From a virus (lineage: Duplodnaviria > Caudoviricetes), in the IMG/VR virus record IMGVR_UViG_3300030392_002118, positions 1-50,624 of that record: DNA of 50,624 bases; one strand, 5' to 3'. A program made the position numbers and the translations under genes. Below are positions 17,287 through 27,119 of this stretch, piece after piece; the stretch's first letter is position 1, and every line of letters starts with the position of its first letter. The notes beneath the pieces were generated by a model, which was not told the DNA's origin, did not search any database, and saw nothing but the letters and a program-made list of their open reading frames with translations.

Positions 17287-18168
17287 ATGTATACCAACTC
17301 TCAATTACTTCACGAAATCGTCACAGGACAATGGCTAATGGATTTTAGCGATTTGGTTCAGCTTCGTCATTTTTTTGACAACGTAGTGGCTAAAGGTGAA
17401 GACAGGAAGAAGGAAGAAAAACCGGAACATCTGATGATGTCTTTTTTCAATGAGGAATTGGAAAGGATCAATCCCCGGGAAATTTCAGAAATACCCAAAG
17501 GATCAATAGCATTTATAAAGGCTATTGGACCAATGATGAAATATGGTGGGTATTGGTTTCTTGGTGCAGATGAAGTGGTTGCCCAATTGGATTTTGCCAA
17601 CAATCAACAAAACATAGCTGCTACTGTACTTTATGTAGATGGCCCGGGCGGTTCTGTTTCAGCAATAAATCCATTTATAGAATTTTCTTCACGCAAAAGA
17701 AAGCCCATTGTTTCACTTGCCGATCAAAGCTTGAGCCTGCACAAATGGATACCCTCTGCAGTGGCAGATTATCAAATGGCAGACAACAATATTACCGCAC
17801 GTTTCGGCAGTATTGGTGTATTAAGTTCCTGGATGGATTTCAGTAAATACTATGAAGATCTCAAGATTATATTGGAGGAAGTCTATTCAGATCACAGTCA
17901 GCATAAAAATGAAATTTGGAGAGCGTATAAGGATGATCCAGAAAAAGGCCGCCAAATGTTGCGTGATATGCAATTGAACCCAATGGCAAAAAAGTTCCAA
18001 GAAGCCATTAGAGCAGCGCATCCAAACTTAATAGAAGAAGAGGGCGTGTTGACAGGGAGAACCTTTAGCGCTGAAGATGCCGTAAGGTTGGGAATGATCA
18101 ATAAGATTGGAAGTTTAAAAGAGGCTATGCAAATAGCGCAGGGCCTCGCAGAAGTGAGTAATTATTAA
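17287..18168 (+). CDS. S49-family prohead protease
   Basis: DGPGGSV, FGSIGV, GRTFSAEDAVRLGMINKIG. Confidence 0.9.
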   Translation: MYTNSQLLHEIVTGQWLMDFSDLVQLRHFFDNVVAKGEDRKKEEKPEHLMMSFFNEELERINPREISEIPKGSIAFIKAIGPMMKYGGYWFLGADEVVAQLDFANNQQNIAATVLYVDGPGGSVSAINPFIEFSSRKRKPIVSLADQSLSLHKWIPSAVADYQMADNNITARFGSIGVLSSWMDFSKYYEDLKIILEEVYSDHSQHKNEIWRAYKDDPEKGRQMLRDMQLNPMAKKFQEAIRAAHPNLIEEEGVLTGRTFSAEDAVRLGMINKIGSLKEAMQIAQGLAEVSNY

Positions 18169-18197
18169 ATCTAAATACTAATTAAATTCAAAAACAA

Positions 18198-20348
18198 ATG
18201 AAGAAAGCAATCCAGCTGATTTTGGCCGTACTAGGCATCAGCAAATTACCGGTTAAGGATGCCGCTACCGATTTTACACCCGAACAGCTCAAAGCTTTAG
18301 AAGATGCGCTGGAAGGTAAAGTTGACGTTGCCCAAATGTTGGAAATGGTCAATAAAGAATTAGCAGCTGCAGCCGAAAAAATTTCAGACGATGATCAACT
18401 ATTGATTGATGCGCGGGCTGAAATTGAAGAAATGTTACGCGCTCACGGAATGAGCCAAGAAGATTTGGAACAAGCTCAAGAGGACAATAAAATTGATGCC
18501 TCTGAGATTGGAAAAATTAAAGCTATGATTGAAAGCTATTCCAAAAAAATGGATGCTAATTTACAAAAGCTCTTGTCTACCGCTGAAGGCGATTCTCCTT
18601 TGGAAATTATCCATTCAAAAACAGACAAGAATATGCAACACTCAAAAACACACCTTTTCGGTTCCAAAAAGGAATACGATGCCTTTGAGGGCCGCCCGTG
18701 GAACCAAATGGCAAAAGGAGAGCAGGTTGCAATGCCTACTTTCGCGGCCGATTCTTTGGAGGTCCAAAAACTACAGAGCGATGCCGATCTGTATTACCAG
18801 GAAGTTAAGGCCGATGTAAAATCATTAAATCGAGATTTCTTAAAACTTCCTTCTTTTTGGCCTATACGTACCAATGTAGTAGATAGAATTGCCGATGGTA
18901 ATATAGTCACTGCGGAAGTTACCCAGGCACGTAAGAAAAATTGGTTGCCAAAAAACAAGCAACTTATCCAGCCTGAAGAAGCCAAAATCTATCCAGTACA
19001 GGTAGATATTGAGCACGCTGGTTATTTGTTGCAAACCTTACTTACCTCTTGGTTGCACCAATACAATAAGGAAGGCTCACAGGCTTACAAATGGAGTTTT
19101 GTAAAATTCCTTTTGGTAGAGCTTGATAAACGTGCACGTCAAGAAGATAGAATTGTGGCTGTAAACGGGGTTTATGTTCCTACGCCTGACACAACTCAAA
19201 TTCCTGGTCTTGCGGTTCACCGTAGTGATGGCATAAGGATTAAACTTTGGAGAGCTTACTTCCTTGAGAAAAAATTCAAATCAGCCCAGATTGGCGCGCC
19301 AACAAATAGCAATATTGTTGACTACGTGAAAAATCTTCTTGAGAAAAACGTTCCGTTGGAAGAAATAAACAGCGCTAACCTTATCCTGTATCTTTCTCCG
19401 GAGTGGATCCGTCGTCACGTAGAGCGTAAGCGTGTGCTTTTTGGCCACGATAACAATTACACGGGTCAGGAATTAATGGAGATTGAAAACTTCCCCAATG
19501 TGAAGCTTTGCCCATTGTCTGAACTTTCCGGAAGTGACTTTATGTTTATCACGTATGATGACAACATTGAGATTTTGGAAAACATCCCTTCAGAAAAATC
19601 AATGTACCATATGGAATCATTGAAACGCGATATGTACATTTTTGCCGATTATAAATTCGGTGTACGTGTTCGCCACATTGGTACCAAAGTTAAGGATGGA
19701 GATCCTGCAGCTTTCAAGGTGCAAACTGTATGGACCAATGGAATGCCAATTTTTAACGAAAATTTCTTTGTTCGTCTTTATGACTATGGAACTGGAGAAA
19801 TCAACATCAATGAATTCTACAGCAACATCACCATTACCGACGATTACGCAACATCTATTGAAACAATAAATGGTGCCTATGAGGGTCAGATAATCAAGAT
19901 ACAAGGAAACACTGCGGTTGGTGCAGGCGTAAAAGTAGTAGATGATGGCAACATCACCCTTACCGGAAATGCAGACTTCCCACTGAACAGTGGCGGAATT
20001 CTAACTTTACGTGCTACTACGGCCACCACTTTTACAGAAGTGAAACGAACCACTTCGCCTCCAGTTGTGCCAGATGCAGATGTAGATTTCAGCTCTGATA
20101 CTTTAGATGCAGATCTTGGTTACGAATTTAATTATACCGGAGGGGTTGATACCCTTGAGGGAATAATCGGCGGTGTAGAAGGCCAGGAGATTGTGATCAA
20201 TGGCGGAGCCGGTGGCGCGCTAACCCTACAAGATGTAACGGGTAATATTAACGTTGGTGCAGGCGCAGTACTTGCCAACGGTGCAGATAACATCACGCTT
20301 ACAAAAATTGACGGCGTGTGGGAAGAAGTAGCGAGAACAATCGCTTAA
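18198..20348 (+). CDS. Major capsid protein with N-terminal scaffold-like and C-terminal beta decoration domains
   Basis: 716 aa directly after the protease; acidic helical N-terminus; two tandem beta repeats at the C-terminus. Confidence 0.75.
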   Translation: MKKAIQLILAVLGISKLPVKDAATDFTPEQLKALEDALEGKVDVAQMLEMVNKELAAAAEKISDDDQLLIDARAEIEEMLRAHGMSQEDLEQAQEDNKIDASEIGKIKAMIESYSKKMDANLQKLLSTAEGDSPLEIIHSKTDKNMQHSKTHLFGSKKEYDAFEGRPWNQMAKGEQVAMPTFAADSLEVQKLQSDADLYYQEVKADVKSLNRDFLKLPSFWPIRTNVVDRIADGNIVTAEVTQARKKNWLPKNKQLIQPEEAKIYPVQVDIEHAGYLLQTLLTSWLHQYNKEGSQAYKWSFVKFLLVELDKRARQEDRIVAVNGVYVPTPDTTQIPGLAVHRSDGIRIKLWRAYFLEKKFKSAQIGAPTNSNIVDYVKNLLEKNVPLEEINSANLILYLSPEWIRRHVERKRVLFGHDNNYTGQELMEIENFPNVKLCPLSELSGSDFMFITYDDNIEILENIPSEKSMYHMESLKRDMYIFADYKFGVRVRHIGTKVKDGDPAAFKVQTVWTNGMPIFNENFFVRLYDYGTGEININEFYSNITITDDYATSIETINGAYEGQIIKIQGNTAVGAGVKVVDDGNITLTGNADFPLNSGGILTLRATTATTFTEVKRTTSPPVVPDADVDFSSDTLDADLGYEFNYTGGVDTLEGIIGGVEGQEIVINGGAGGALTLQDVTGNINVGAGAVLANGADNITLTKIDGVWEEVARTIA

Positions 20349-20359
20349 TAATAATCTAG

Positions 20360-20385
20360 AGTCCGCCCTTAACGGGGCGGGCTTA
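20360..20385 (+). terminator. Hairpin after the capsid gene (weak terminator or stabiliser)
   Basis: AGTCCGCCCT-TAAC-GGGGCGGGCT with a poor U tract. Confidence 0.55.
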
Positions 20386-20403
20386 TTAAAAACATAAAAA
20401 ATT

Positions 20404-21222
20404 ATGTGGCCAGTACAAAATATAAATAGTAAAGGTGCAGGATCGGGAGCTGCAGCTCCTAGTGCACCAAACGTTACTTTCATTAAAAGTGATGACGTTT
20501 TGAACCCAGAAATGCCCCGAGATTCAAAGGGAGTGCTTATTCTTGGTGATATTGTTCCCAAGCCGGGCGCAAAAATGTTTACAATATATCTTACCCCTTC
20601 CAAGCAAGTGAAAAATTACACTTCTGAGGGCGATGAAGATATGGAAACCATCAAACAAAAGTTTGAGGGGTGGCATCCCGGTGATGATTTGGACATTAAT
20701 GAATTTGTGCAGAACAACCTTGGCGTTGGTTATTTCATTATTGCCGACAATTGTGTGGACCAACACAAAAGGGTGTATGGTACTAAATGTTCACCTATGA
20801 AGCTGAATGTTGAACAAACATCAGATAATTCAGGTCGGGGGATTAAGTTGGTCTTTGAACAAAAAATAGGAACTAGCAAGGTTCCTGCTTTTTACAATGG
20901 AAATATGGTTTATGCAGAACCTACTGCAACCGATGAAACGATTGATCTTACCGTTGCAAATGGCAATACCTTCCAGTTGGCGGCCGATGCTGCAGGAGCT
21001 TCAATTTCAATTGCAACTACAGACCGGGTAACAGGCGATGTAGTTACTTTGATAGGTGGTGGCGGTGCAGACCCTTCCACTTTGGCAAATGGAGCCAGTA
21101 CAGCGGCAACGGTAATTTTGAAAGCCGGAACCACCTGGACTGCCCTTGAAAATGCAACAATCACTTTTGAAGTGATCGATGACGGAACTGACACGTTCTT
21201 GATTGAAAGAGCGCGTTCGTAG
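20404..21222 (+). CDS. Probable major tail (tube) protein with C-terminal decoration domain
   Basis: Follows the capsid gene; beta-rich; C-terminal domain resembles the capsid C-terminal repeats. Confidence 0.55.
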   Translation: MWPVQNINSKGAGSGAAAPSAPNVTFIKSDDVLNPEMPRDSKGVLILGDIVPKPGAKMFTIYLTPSKQVKNYTSEGDEDMETIKQKFEGWHPGDDLDINEFVQNNLGVGYFIIADNCVDQHKRVYGTKCSPMKLNVEQTSDNSGRGIKLVFEQKIGTSKVPAFYNGNMVYAEPTATDETIDLTVANGNTFQLAADAAGASISIATTDRVTGDVVTLIGGGGADPSTLANGASTAATVILKAGTTWTALENATITFEVIDDGTDTFLIERARS

Positions 21223-21251
21223 CTTGTTTAAATTTTTAAGTTTTAAAGCTG

Positions 21252-21282
21252 AAAAGCCACTTCGTAAAGGAGTGGCTTTTTT
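21252..21282 (+). terminator. Intrinsic terminator
   Basis: AAAAGCCACT / AGTGGCTTTT plus T tract. Confidence 0.85.
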
Positions 21283-21283
21283 G

Positions 21284-21320
21284 TTGTCACAGCTTTTGCA
21301 AAAATGCAATTGCATATTTG
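21284..21320 (+). promoter_or_regulatory. Late promoter 3 (packaging)
   Basis: TTGTCACA-N21-CATATTTG directly after a terminator. Confidence 0.75.
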
Positions 21321-21351
21321 AGTCACTAATTAGTAATTAATACCAAACACC

Positions 21352-22521
21352 ATGGAAAAAAAGAAAGTAATTGAGGCCCTCAATAAAAATGATGAGCCAC
21401 AAAAGCAATTTAATGAATTGCTCCAGCTGTTCATAAAACATCCCCATCACGGTCCGTCACTGGCAAAATATTACAATGCCAGCGGATTTAGTAAGGAGAA
21501 TTTGCAAACGTTGAAATATGACGTGAAGCAAACCTATGGCATCACCGATGCAGAAGTACGTGCTTTAGCTGAAGAAGAAAAAGCACTTAAGAAAAAACAG
21601 GAAAAGGAATTAGCTGAAATAAAATTGAAGGTGAAAATTACTGAAGATCTGTCAAAATTTGATTTTGAAAATGCTGATTACCGAAAAGAGTTAAAGCCTT
21701 TTGCTGTAGAAGTTTCAAATGCATTAGGGCACGAATTGCCAAATATGAAAACGGAAACACTGGTTTCATATCTACAGGACCAAAAAGCAAAGCTTTTGGA
21801 TGTTCATGCTGAAGAATTACCTGCAGGAACCATTGCCGAATTAGGCGAAGAGGAAAAACAATTGAAGAAAGTATTGGCAGAGGAAACTCCCGATACTCCG
21901 GAATATGATGAAAAGCTGGAGCGTTTAAAAGCAGTTGTTTCCAAAAAGGATGAACTTACTGAAGATGCGAAAAATTCAGAAAACACTTCTGAAGAAAATA
22001 AAAATCCTGAACCTTCAGACGAAGCCCAGGAAAAGAAAAAACTGCGTGAGGAATTTCCTTTCTTAAATGAAAAGGATTGCCCGGACAAATTCAAAATCCT
22101 TGTGGCCGATAAATTTTCAGCTTTGAAAGCGTATCACGATGCTTTCGAGGAAATTCAGCGAAAGAAAAAAGCTGGAGACAATGAAGGCCTTTTTGAACTT
22201 GGCAAAACAGCTACCGAAAATTGGGAGCTGAACCAACTTATCTATGATGAGTTGAACTACTACCAAGAGCATAAACAGATCCTTGGCAATCATCCCATTT
22301 TTGTTGACGATGTGCTTCAGAAAAAAGTTGCTGCCTATTCCACCCAAGAGGCTATGAAGCGCCAAGGCAATCTGCGCTCCTACATTTCGCGCGACACCAA
22401 GAAACTGGAAGGCATCAAGGATGCCAAGAAAAAGGAAAATGCCGAGGCCAAAATAAAGGAATGGCAGGACGAACTGGATTTAATCGATAAAAGATTGAAT
22501 GCAGATGCTGAAAAGAAATAG
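21352..22521 (+). CDS. Highly charged coiled-coil phage protein
   Basis: 389 aa, E/K-rich; LREEFPFL...CP..FKILVAD and ILGNHPIF blocks. Confidence 0.7.
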   Translation: MEKKKVIEALNKNDEPQKQFNELLQLFIKHPHHGPSLAKYYNASGFSKENLQTLKYDVKQTYGITDAEVRALAEEEKALKKKQEKELAEIKLKVKITEDLSKFDFENADYRKELKPFAVEVSNALGHELPNMKTETLVSYLQDQKAKLLDVHAEELPAGTIAELGEEEKQLKKVLAEETPDTPEYDEKLERLKAVVSKKDELTEDAKNSENTSEENKNPEPSDEAQEKKKLREEFPFLNEKDCPDKFKILVADKFSALKAYHDAFEEIQRKKKAGDNEGLFELGKTATENWELNQLIYDELNYYQEHKQILGNHPIFVDDVLQKKVAAYSTQEAMKRQGNLRSYISRDTKKLEGIKDAKKKENAEAKIKEWQDELDLIDKRLNADAEKK

Positions 22522-23137
22522 ATTGTTCAAGCTTCCGTCTTCTAGTGGTGTTTCCGAGCCCGCATCATCTGAAAATCACGGAAGCTTTGTTTCAAAATAC
22601 CTGGCTGCGCACTACCAAAAAGTTGCCAAGCTGGAGGCAGACATAAAACGGCTTCCGGAAAAGGAGGAGTTTTTCTTCCTGCAGAGTGACAATTCGTTTA
22701 ATGCCTTCACTTTTATTCCGTGGATCTGCAAGCAGACCACAGTTAAGCATCTGTACGCCACAACGTACAGCATCAATAAAAGGGTAATTACGGCATTAAT
22801 GGAATTGCACAGGCAAGGATTTGTGGACCAAATAACGCTTTTAGTGAGCGATACGATGTTGAAACGAAACCCGATAACAGCAGACCTGCTATCGGCGAGC
22901 GCCAAAGAGAATCCGAACCTAAATGTGTTGTTCGCCTGGGTACACGCCAAGGTATGTTTGCTTGAAACTGAGAAAGGACATTTTGTAATTGAGGGTTCCG
23001 GAAATTGGAGTGAAAATGCATACTACGAACAATACGCCTTTGCCAACTGCAAGGGATTGTTTGATTTTAGGATGAAACTATTTACTGAAGTGGATATCCG
23101 GTATAAAGCTTTGAATGGAGTAGTAATTAAAAACTAG
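22499..23137 (+). CDS. Phospholipase D/Nuc-superfamily protein (single HKD-like motif)
   Basis: HAKVCLLE...IEGSGNWS (HxKxxxxE plus GSxN). Confidence 0.8.
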   Translation: MQMLKRNRLFKLPSSSGVSEPASSENHGSFVSKYLAAHYQKVAKLEADIKRLPEKEEFFFLQSDNSFNAFTFIPWICKQTTVKHLYATTYSINKRVITALMELHRQGFVDQITLLVSDTMLKRNPITADLLSASAKENPNLNVLFAWVHAKVCLLETEKGHFVIEGSGNWSENAYYEQYAFANCKGLFDFRMKLFTEVDIRYKALNGVVIKN

Positions 23138-23142
23138 AAATA

Positions 23143-23475
23143 ATGAATAAAATTGAACTATTGAACAAATTTGAAACAGCAATGCGTGCTTTAAACGCAG
23201 GATGGAGGGTAAGAAGAAGTAGCTGGCCAAATGAAAAGCTTTTTATATTTAAACAAGTGCCTGCAGAAATTCCGAAGGAAGTAGTTCCAAGAATGCAATC
23301 CTTGCCACAAACGGTTAAGGATTTCTTTCAAGAAACTTTTGAAAATGAAAATGACCAGATTTCAAGCATTTACTACGAGGATCAACTTGCATTAGTTAGC
23401 GAGAGTAATTTGATAACAAGTTATAGTCCTTCTGTTTCTGATTGTATGGCTGAAGATTGGCAAATACTAGATTAA
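23143..23475 (+). CDS. DUF2829 / Tad2-like anti-defence nucleotide-sponge protein
   Basis: FETAMRALNAGWRVRRSSW...LF and YSPSVSDCMAEDW match the DUF2829 pattern FxxALxALxxGxxVxRxxW...xxPSxxDxxAxDW. Confidence 0.8.
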   Translation: MNKIELLNKFETAMRALNAGWRVRRSSWPNEKLFIFKQVPAEIPKEVVPRMQSLPQTVKDFFQETFENENDQISSIYYEDQLALVSESNLITSYSPSVSDCMAEDWQILD

Positions 23476-23483
23476 CAAGGCAA

Positions 23484-23556
23484 GCGTATTTAGCTCAGTT
23501 GGTAGAGCACTGGTCTCCAAAACCAGGTGTCGGGAGTTCGAGTCCCTCAGTACGCG
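23484..23556 (+). tRNA. Phage tRNA-Trp(CCA)
   Basis: Acceptor GCGTATT/AGTACGC, D-arm, anticodon arm CTGGT-CTCCAAA-ACCAG, T-loop TTCGAGT, discriminator G; one A-C mismatch in the T-stem; no encoded CCA. Confidence 0.92.
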
Positions 23557-23570
23557 CAAAAATTAAGATT

Positions 23571-23735
23571 ATGCTATACACAAATCCAAAATGCAGAAAC
23601 TGTGGCCACGTTTTTAAACCATTAATTGGGGTGACTAATTTAGAAAGTGCTGCTCCAGCTTTTGACTATCGACATACTTGCAATGGAATAAGTAAAGAAA
23701 AAACTTTTGTTTTTTCGGAAAGGGGTAAAGTATAA
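23571..23735 (+). CDS. Small Zn-ribbon-like protein
   Basis: CRNC...HTC; ATG 23571 lies after the tRNA. Confidence 0.55.
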   Translation: MLYTNPKCRNCGHVFKPLIGVTNLESAAPAFDYRHTCNGISKEKTFVFSERGKV

Positions 23736-23744
23736 ATTGAAATT

Positions 23745-23993
23745 ATGGGCACTCACAAAATACCTGGTTATATAGTAAAGCTTATGAGAGATACAGAAAA
23801 AGGTGTTCCAAACATGAAAAATCCGCCACCGCCACCACCGAAAAGTTTAAAAATCCTTGATACTTCAAATATGTTGCCCGGTACGCCCATTCGGAAGGCC
23901 GCAAAAGCAGCAAGGTTATTAAACTATGCTTTTTTTCGTTTCAACGGGGATGTTTATGACCTTGAATTTAATAAGGTTGAAAATTTGAAATAA
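23745..23993 (+). CDS. Hypothetical protein with poly-Pro
   Basis: MKNPPPPPPK motif. Confidence 0.6.
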   Translation: MGTHKIPGYIVKLMRDTEKGVPNMKNPPPPPPKSLKILDTSNMLPGTPIRKAAKAARLLNYAFFRFNGDVYDLEFNKVENLK

Positions 23994-24106
23994 TGGCTAA
24001 AAAATTCAAAAAAATCTTTCACCCAAAACCAAAGAAGCCGACAATGAAAATTGCGGTTCCTTTAAATATTTACGAAAAATGGCAAGAGATGAAGAAAAGG
24101 AAATAG
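23993..24106 (+). CDS. 37-aa basic peptide (not in the ORF track)
   Basis: TAATG overlap; MAKKFKKIFHPKPKKPTMK... Confidence 0.4.
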   Translation: MAKKFKKIFHPKPKKPTMKIAVPLNIYEKWQEMKKRK

Positions 24107-24402
24107 CGCCGCTTTCTGAAGAAGAAGAAATTTCGCGTATGGCCGCCTGCGGTTTTACGAATACCGAAATGGCGCTTGCATTGGGCTATGATGTGAAGGC
24201 GTTTAAAGCTTTGGCCGAGGAAGTGGATTCCAAAATCTGGACGGCCATACAAGCCGGAAAGCTTCAGAGCGAGTTTATGTTGATAGACAAACAGCGCCAA
24301 CTTGCCGAAAGTGGAAACATTACTGCAGCACAAACTTTCTTAAAAATAAAAGAGGCCAAGGATGTTCTGGCCATTAAAAACAGAATTTGGTTTGGTACGT
24401 AA
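24079..24402 (+). CDS. HTH protein, probable terminase small subunit
   Basis: MAACGFTNTEMALALG HTH...AESGNITAAQ; upstream of TerL. Confidence 0.6.
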   Translation: MARDEEKEIAPLSEEEEISRMAACGFTNTEMALALGYDVKAFKALAEEVDSKIWTAIQAGKLQSEFMLIDKQRQLAESGNITAAQTFLKIKEAKDVLAIKNRIWFGT

Positions 24403-25036
24403 ATTCCCCGACATACAGGATATTTCCATAGAGCAGATCTACGAGTATATGGAGCGTGGTTTTGAAAGCAAAACGATGCCCGCAGAAATTGCCGAATATC
24501 TTGACGCAATGGACAAAGTGCGCGCCATGCGGTGCCGTTTTGACAAATGGGGCAGCAAAGAGGCCATAATCACCTATTTGGTGAACGTAGAGGGCTATTC
24601 CCGATACTTGGCCACAAAACTCCACAATCAGGCCGTGGAGTTCTTTTATATCGATCCTACGGCAAGCAAGCAAGCAATGCTGAATGAATTGCTGGAGAAA
24701 ATGGAAAAAAACCTTTCCGTGGCCATTATGCTCACGCAAAATACGGCAGATGCGGCCAAGGTTCAGAAAATGATGATTGATATGAAGGACGTCATCAAAG
24801 AGATTTATCCTGATGATGATGGGCTGGATGAAGAGTTCTTCAGACGCCCGATAAAGCTTTATACCCAAAAACCCGAAGATGTAGATTTACCGCCAGTGGA
24901 CAAAGCTGAATTAAAGAAATTCATTGAAACCCTCCCAGAGCTGCACGCTGTGGTAATAGATAAAATCAAGGAAGAGGCCGGGCTTTTGCCTATGAAGCTT
25001 TTCCTTGACGAAAAAGAAGATCCACGCCAGCAATGA
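24362..25036 (+). CDS. Packaging-associated hypothetical protein (start may be TTG 24392)
   Basis: Helical ORF coupled to TerL by ATGA. Confidence 0.65.
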   Translation: MFWPLKTEFGLVRKFPDIQDISIEQIYEYMERGFESKTMPAEIAEYLDAMDKVRAMRCRFDKWGSKEAIITYLVNVEGYSRYLATKLHNQAVEFFYIDPTASKQAMLNELLEKMEKNLSVAIMLTQNTADAAKVQKMMIDMKDVIKEIYPDDDGLDEEFFRRPIKLYTQKPEDVDLPPVDKAELKKFIETLPELHAVVIDKIKEEAGLLPMKLFLDEKEDPRQQ

Positions 25037-26715
25037 TAACTAAAAATGATCCTTTAGTAGAAACCAGGTATTCCACCAATGCCAATCAATCTATTGCGTA
25101 CATTGGCGCAAAGGACGTGCAGGTTATCGGCGGCCGCGGAACCACAAAAACCACGCAGATACACGCAGAGCGATTTCAGGAGGCTATGATAGAAATGCCG
25201 CGAAGCCTGCAGATGTTTCTTTGCAATACCTATGAAAATGCCAGGACAAACTTAGTGCCCGGTCTGGAAAATGGCTGGAAGGAATATCGCGACTGGAAAT
25301 ATGGCATAGATTACGTAAAGGGCGAGCCGCCGCCATCCTTTTTTAAAAGGCCCTTTGTTCCGGTTGAAAATTGGAAAAAAGTAATTTCCCATAGAGATGG
25401 CGCCGCCATTGTTATCGGGTCGGGAAATGAAGTTACCGGACTTGCGGGTAACTCCTATCAATATATTGGCGCTGACGAAGTAAAGTATATTGGAAAGGCC
25501 AAAATGGATATCATTGAGCCGGCTCTGCGTGGTCTTAATCATTTTCCACATTCGGCATATTACCGGGGGTCCTGCTTTACTACCGATTTACCCAACTTGG
25601 GGAAAGGCGATGATCCGTGGATTTTGGACCGTCGCAAAAATATGAATGTGGAGCAGGCAAAAGCTGCTTATTATTGTGGCTATTTGTATTATCAGAATGA
25701 GGGGAAATTGGCCAATGCGCTAAAGAATAAGAACAAAGCCGATGTGCGCAGATACCTCAAAGCTCGCGTTAGGCTATACGCACAGTGGTTGCGGGTTCGA
25801 AAAAATCTATCGTATTTTTTTGTTACTTCCTCATTCGCAAATATAGATGCCCTTACTTTGGAATATATTCAAGACCTTCTGAAGCAATTGGGATGGGAAG
25901 AATTTAAGCAAAGCGTACTTTCGCTAAAAGGCGGCGTGGAAGATGGCGAAAAGTTTTATTCCGGACTTTCTGAAGCGCATTTTTACCGGGATGGCATCAA
26001 TGAAAGTTATGATCATTCCCTGGGGCTTCACGAAGAGGCAAACTGCAATATCCTGCGTTATCTGGATATTAATAAGGAATTGGATTGCGGGATTGATTTT
26101 GGGCGTATGCTGAGTATGGTAATTGCCCAGGAGCGCGGCAAGGAATTTCGTTGTCTGAAGAATATTTACAAACTGGCCCCCGAGAGCTCGCGCGAATTGG
26201 CCGATCATTTTATACAGTTTTTCAAGCCCCACAAAAGGAAGGTTTTGAATATGTATTACGACCGTAGCGGGAACCAGTACGAAAGTAGTGGGCGTTCGTG
26301 GGCGGCAGAGCTGAAGGATTGTATTGAAATAGATACTGCGGGAAACCGTACCGGCTGGACGGTGAATTTAATGAGCCGCGACCAGGCTACCATTTACCAA
26401 AGTGAGGAATATTATTTTATGAAAAATGTGCTTTCCGGGCAAATGGAAGGTTTGCCAAAACTTTTGATAGACGTTTACCAATGCCGTGAATTGAAATCGT
26501 CGCTGGAGCTTACAAAAATCCTTCAGAAACGGGACAAAAAAGGAAGTGTGCAGATCTACAAGAATAAAAGTAGTGAGGGCTTACCGTTATTTCAACTACC
26601 AATGAACTCTACAAATATGGGCGATGCCTTTAAATATTTGATGTACCGTAAGAAGTGGGCGAATATGGCGAAAAGGAAGCGGAGTGTTATTATTACTGCG
26701 CTGGATGGGATGTAG
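25033..26715 (+). CDS. Terminase large subunit
   Basis: Walker A GGRGTTKT, Walker B IGADE, nuclease GIDFG / YYDRSG / GDAFKY. Confidence 0.88.
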   Translation: MITKNDPLVETRYSTNANQSIAYIGAKDVQVIGGRGTTKTTQIHAERFQEAMIEMPRSLQMFLCNTYENARTNLVPGLENGWKEYRDWKYGIDYVKGEPPPSFFKRPFVPVENWKKVISHRDGAAIVIGSGNEVTGLAGNSYQYIGADEVKYIGKAKMDIIEPALRGLNHFPHSAYYRGSCFTTDLPNLGKGDDPWILDRRKNMNVEQAKAAYYCGYLYYQNEGKLANALKNKNKADVRRYLKARVRLYAQWLRVRKNLSYFFVTSSFANIDALTLEYIQDLLKQLGWEEFKQSVLSLKGGVEDGEKFYSGLSEAHFYRDGINESYDHSLGLHEEANCNILRYLDINKELDCGIDFGRMLSMVIAQERGKEFRCLKNIYKLAPESSRELADHFIQFFKPHKRKVLNMYYDRSGNQYESSGRSWAAELKDCIEIDTAGNRTGWTVNLMSRDQATIYQSEEYYFMKNVLSGQMEGLPKLLIDVYQCRELKSSLELTKILQKRDKKGSVQIYKNKSSEGLPLFQLPMNSTNMGDAFKYLMYRKKWANMAKRKRSVIITALDGM

Positions 26716-26849
26716 GATTTTTTTTCATTACAGGTTCGAAAAATATAGGATTGCCAAATATTCCTCCTTTTTTAATAGGAATATATACAGCCTTTACCCC
26801 GCATTTATTGATGAACTCGCTCACTTTTTGGTAATGCCTAGCCATAATA

Positions 26850-27119
26850 CTACTTTAAAAGATTTTCTAATTCAAAATCAAATTTTTCTGTAAAACTTTT
26901 TGGAACAATCCAGTATTGGCCACAATTTGATTTTATGAATGAAATTCTAAATTGTGTTTCAATTTCTTCAAAATGAAATTTTCCTGTTAAAACGTCTGGA
27001 TCTTTATTGATCCATTTAACCGAGTGAGGAATAGTTATAATATTCTCGGGGTATGATTTTGCGTCTGGAAGCTTCGCAATTACTTTTTCAAGAATTTCTT
27101 TTTCAGATTGTTGTTTCAT
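26850..27119 (-). CDS. Hypothetical protein (AT-rich accessory)
   Basis: ATGA-coupled to 27116..27532. Confidence 0.65.
   Translation of the reverse strand: MKQQSEKEILEKVIAKLPDAKSYPENIITIPHSVKWINKDPDVLTGKFHFEEIETQFRISFIKSNCGQYWIVPKSFTEKFDFELENLLK

Noticed and set aside
23457-23570. N-terminal part of the 92-aa ORF
   Set aside because: Overlaps tRNA-Trp; the real start is probably ATG 23571
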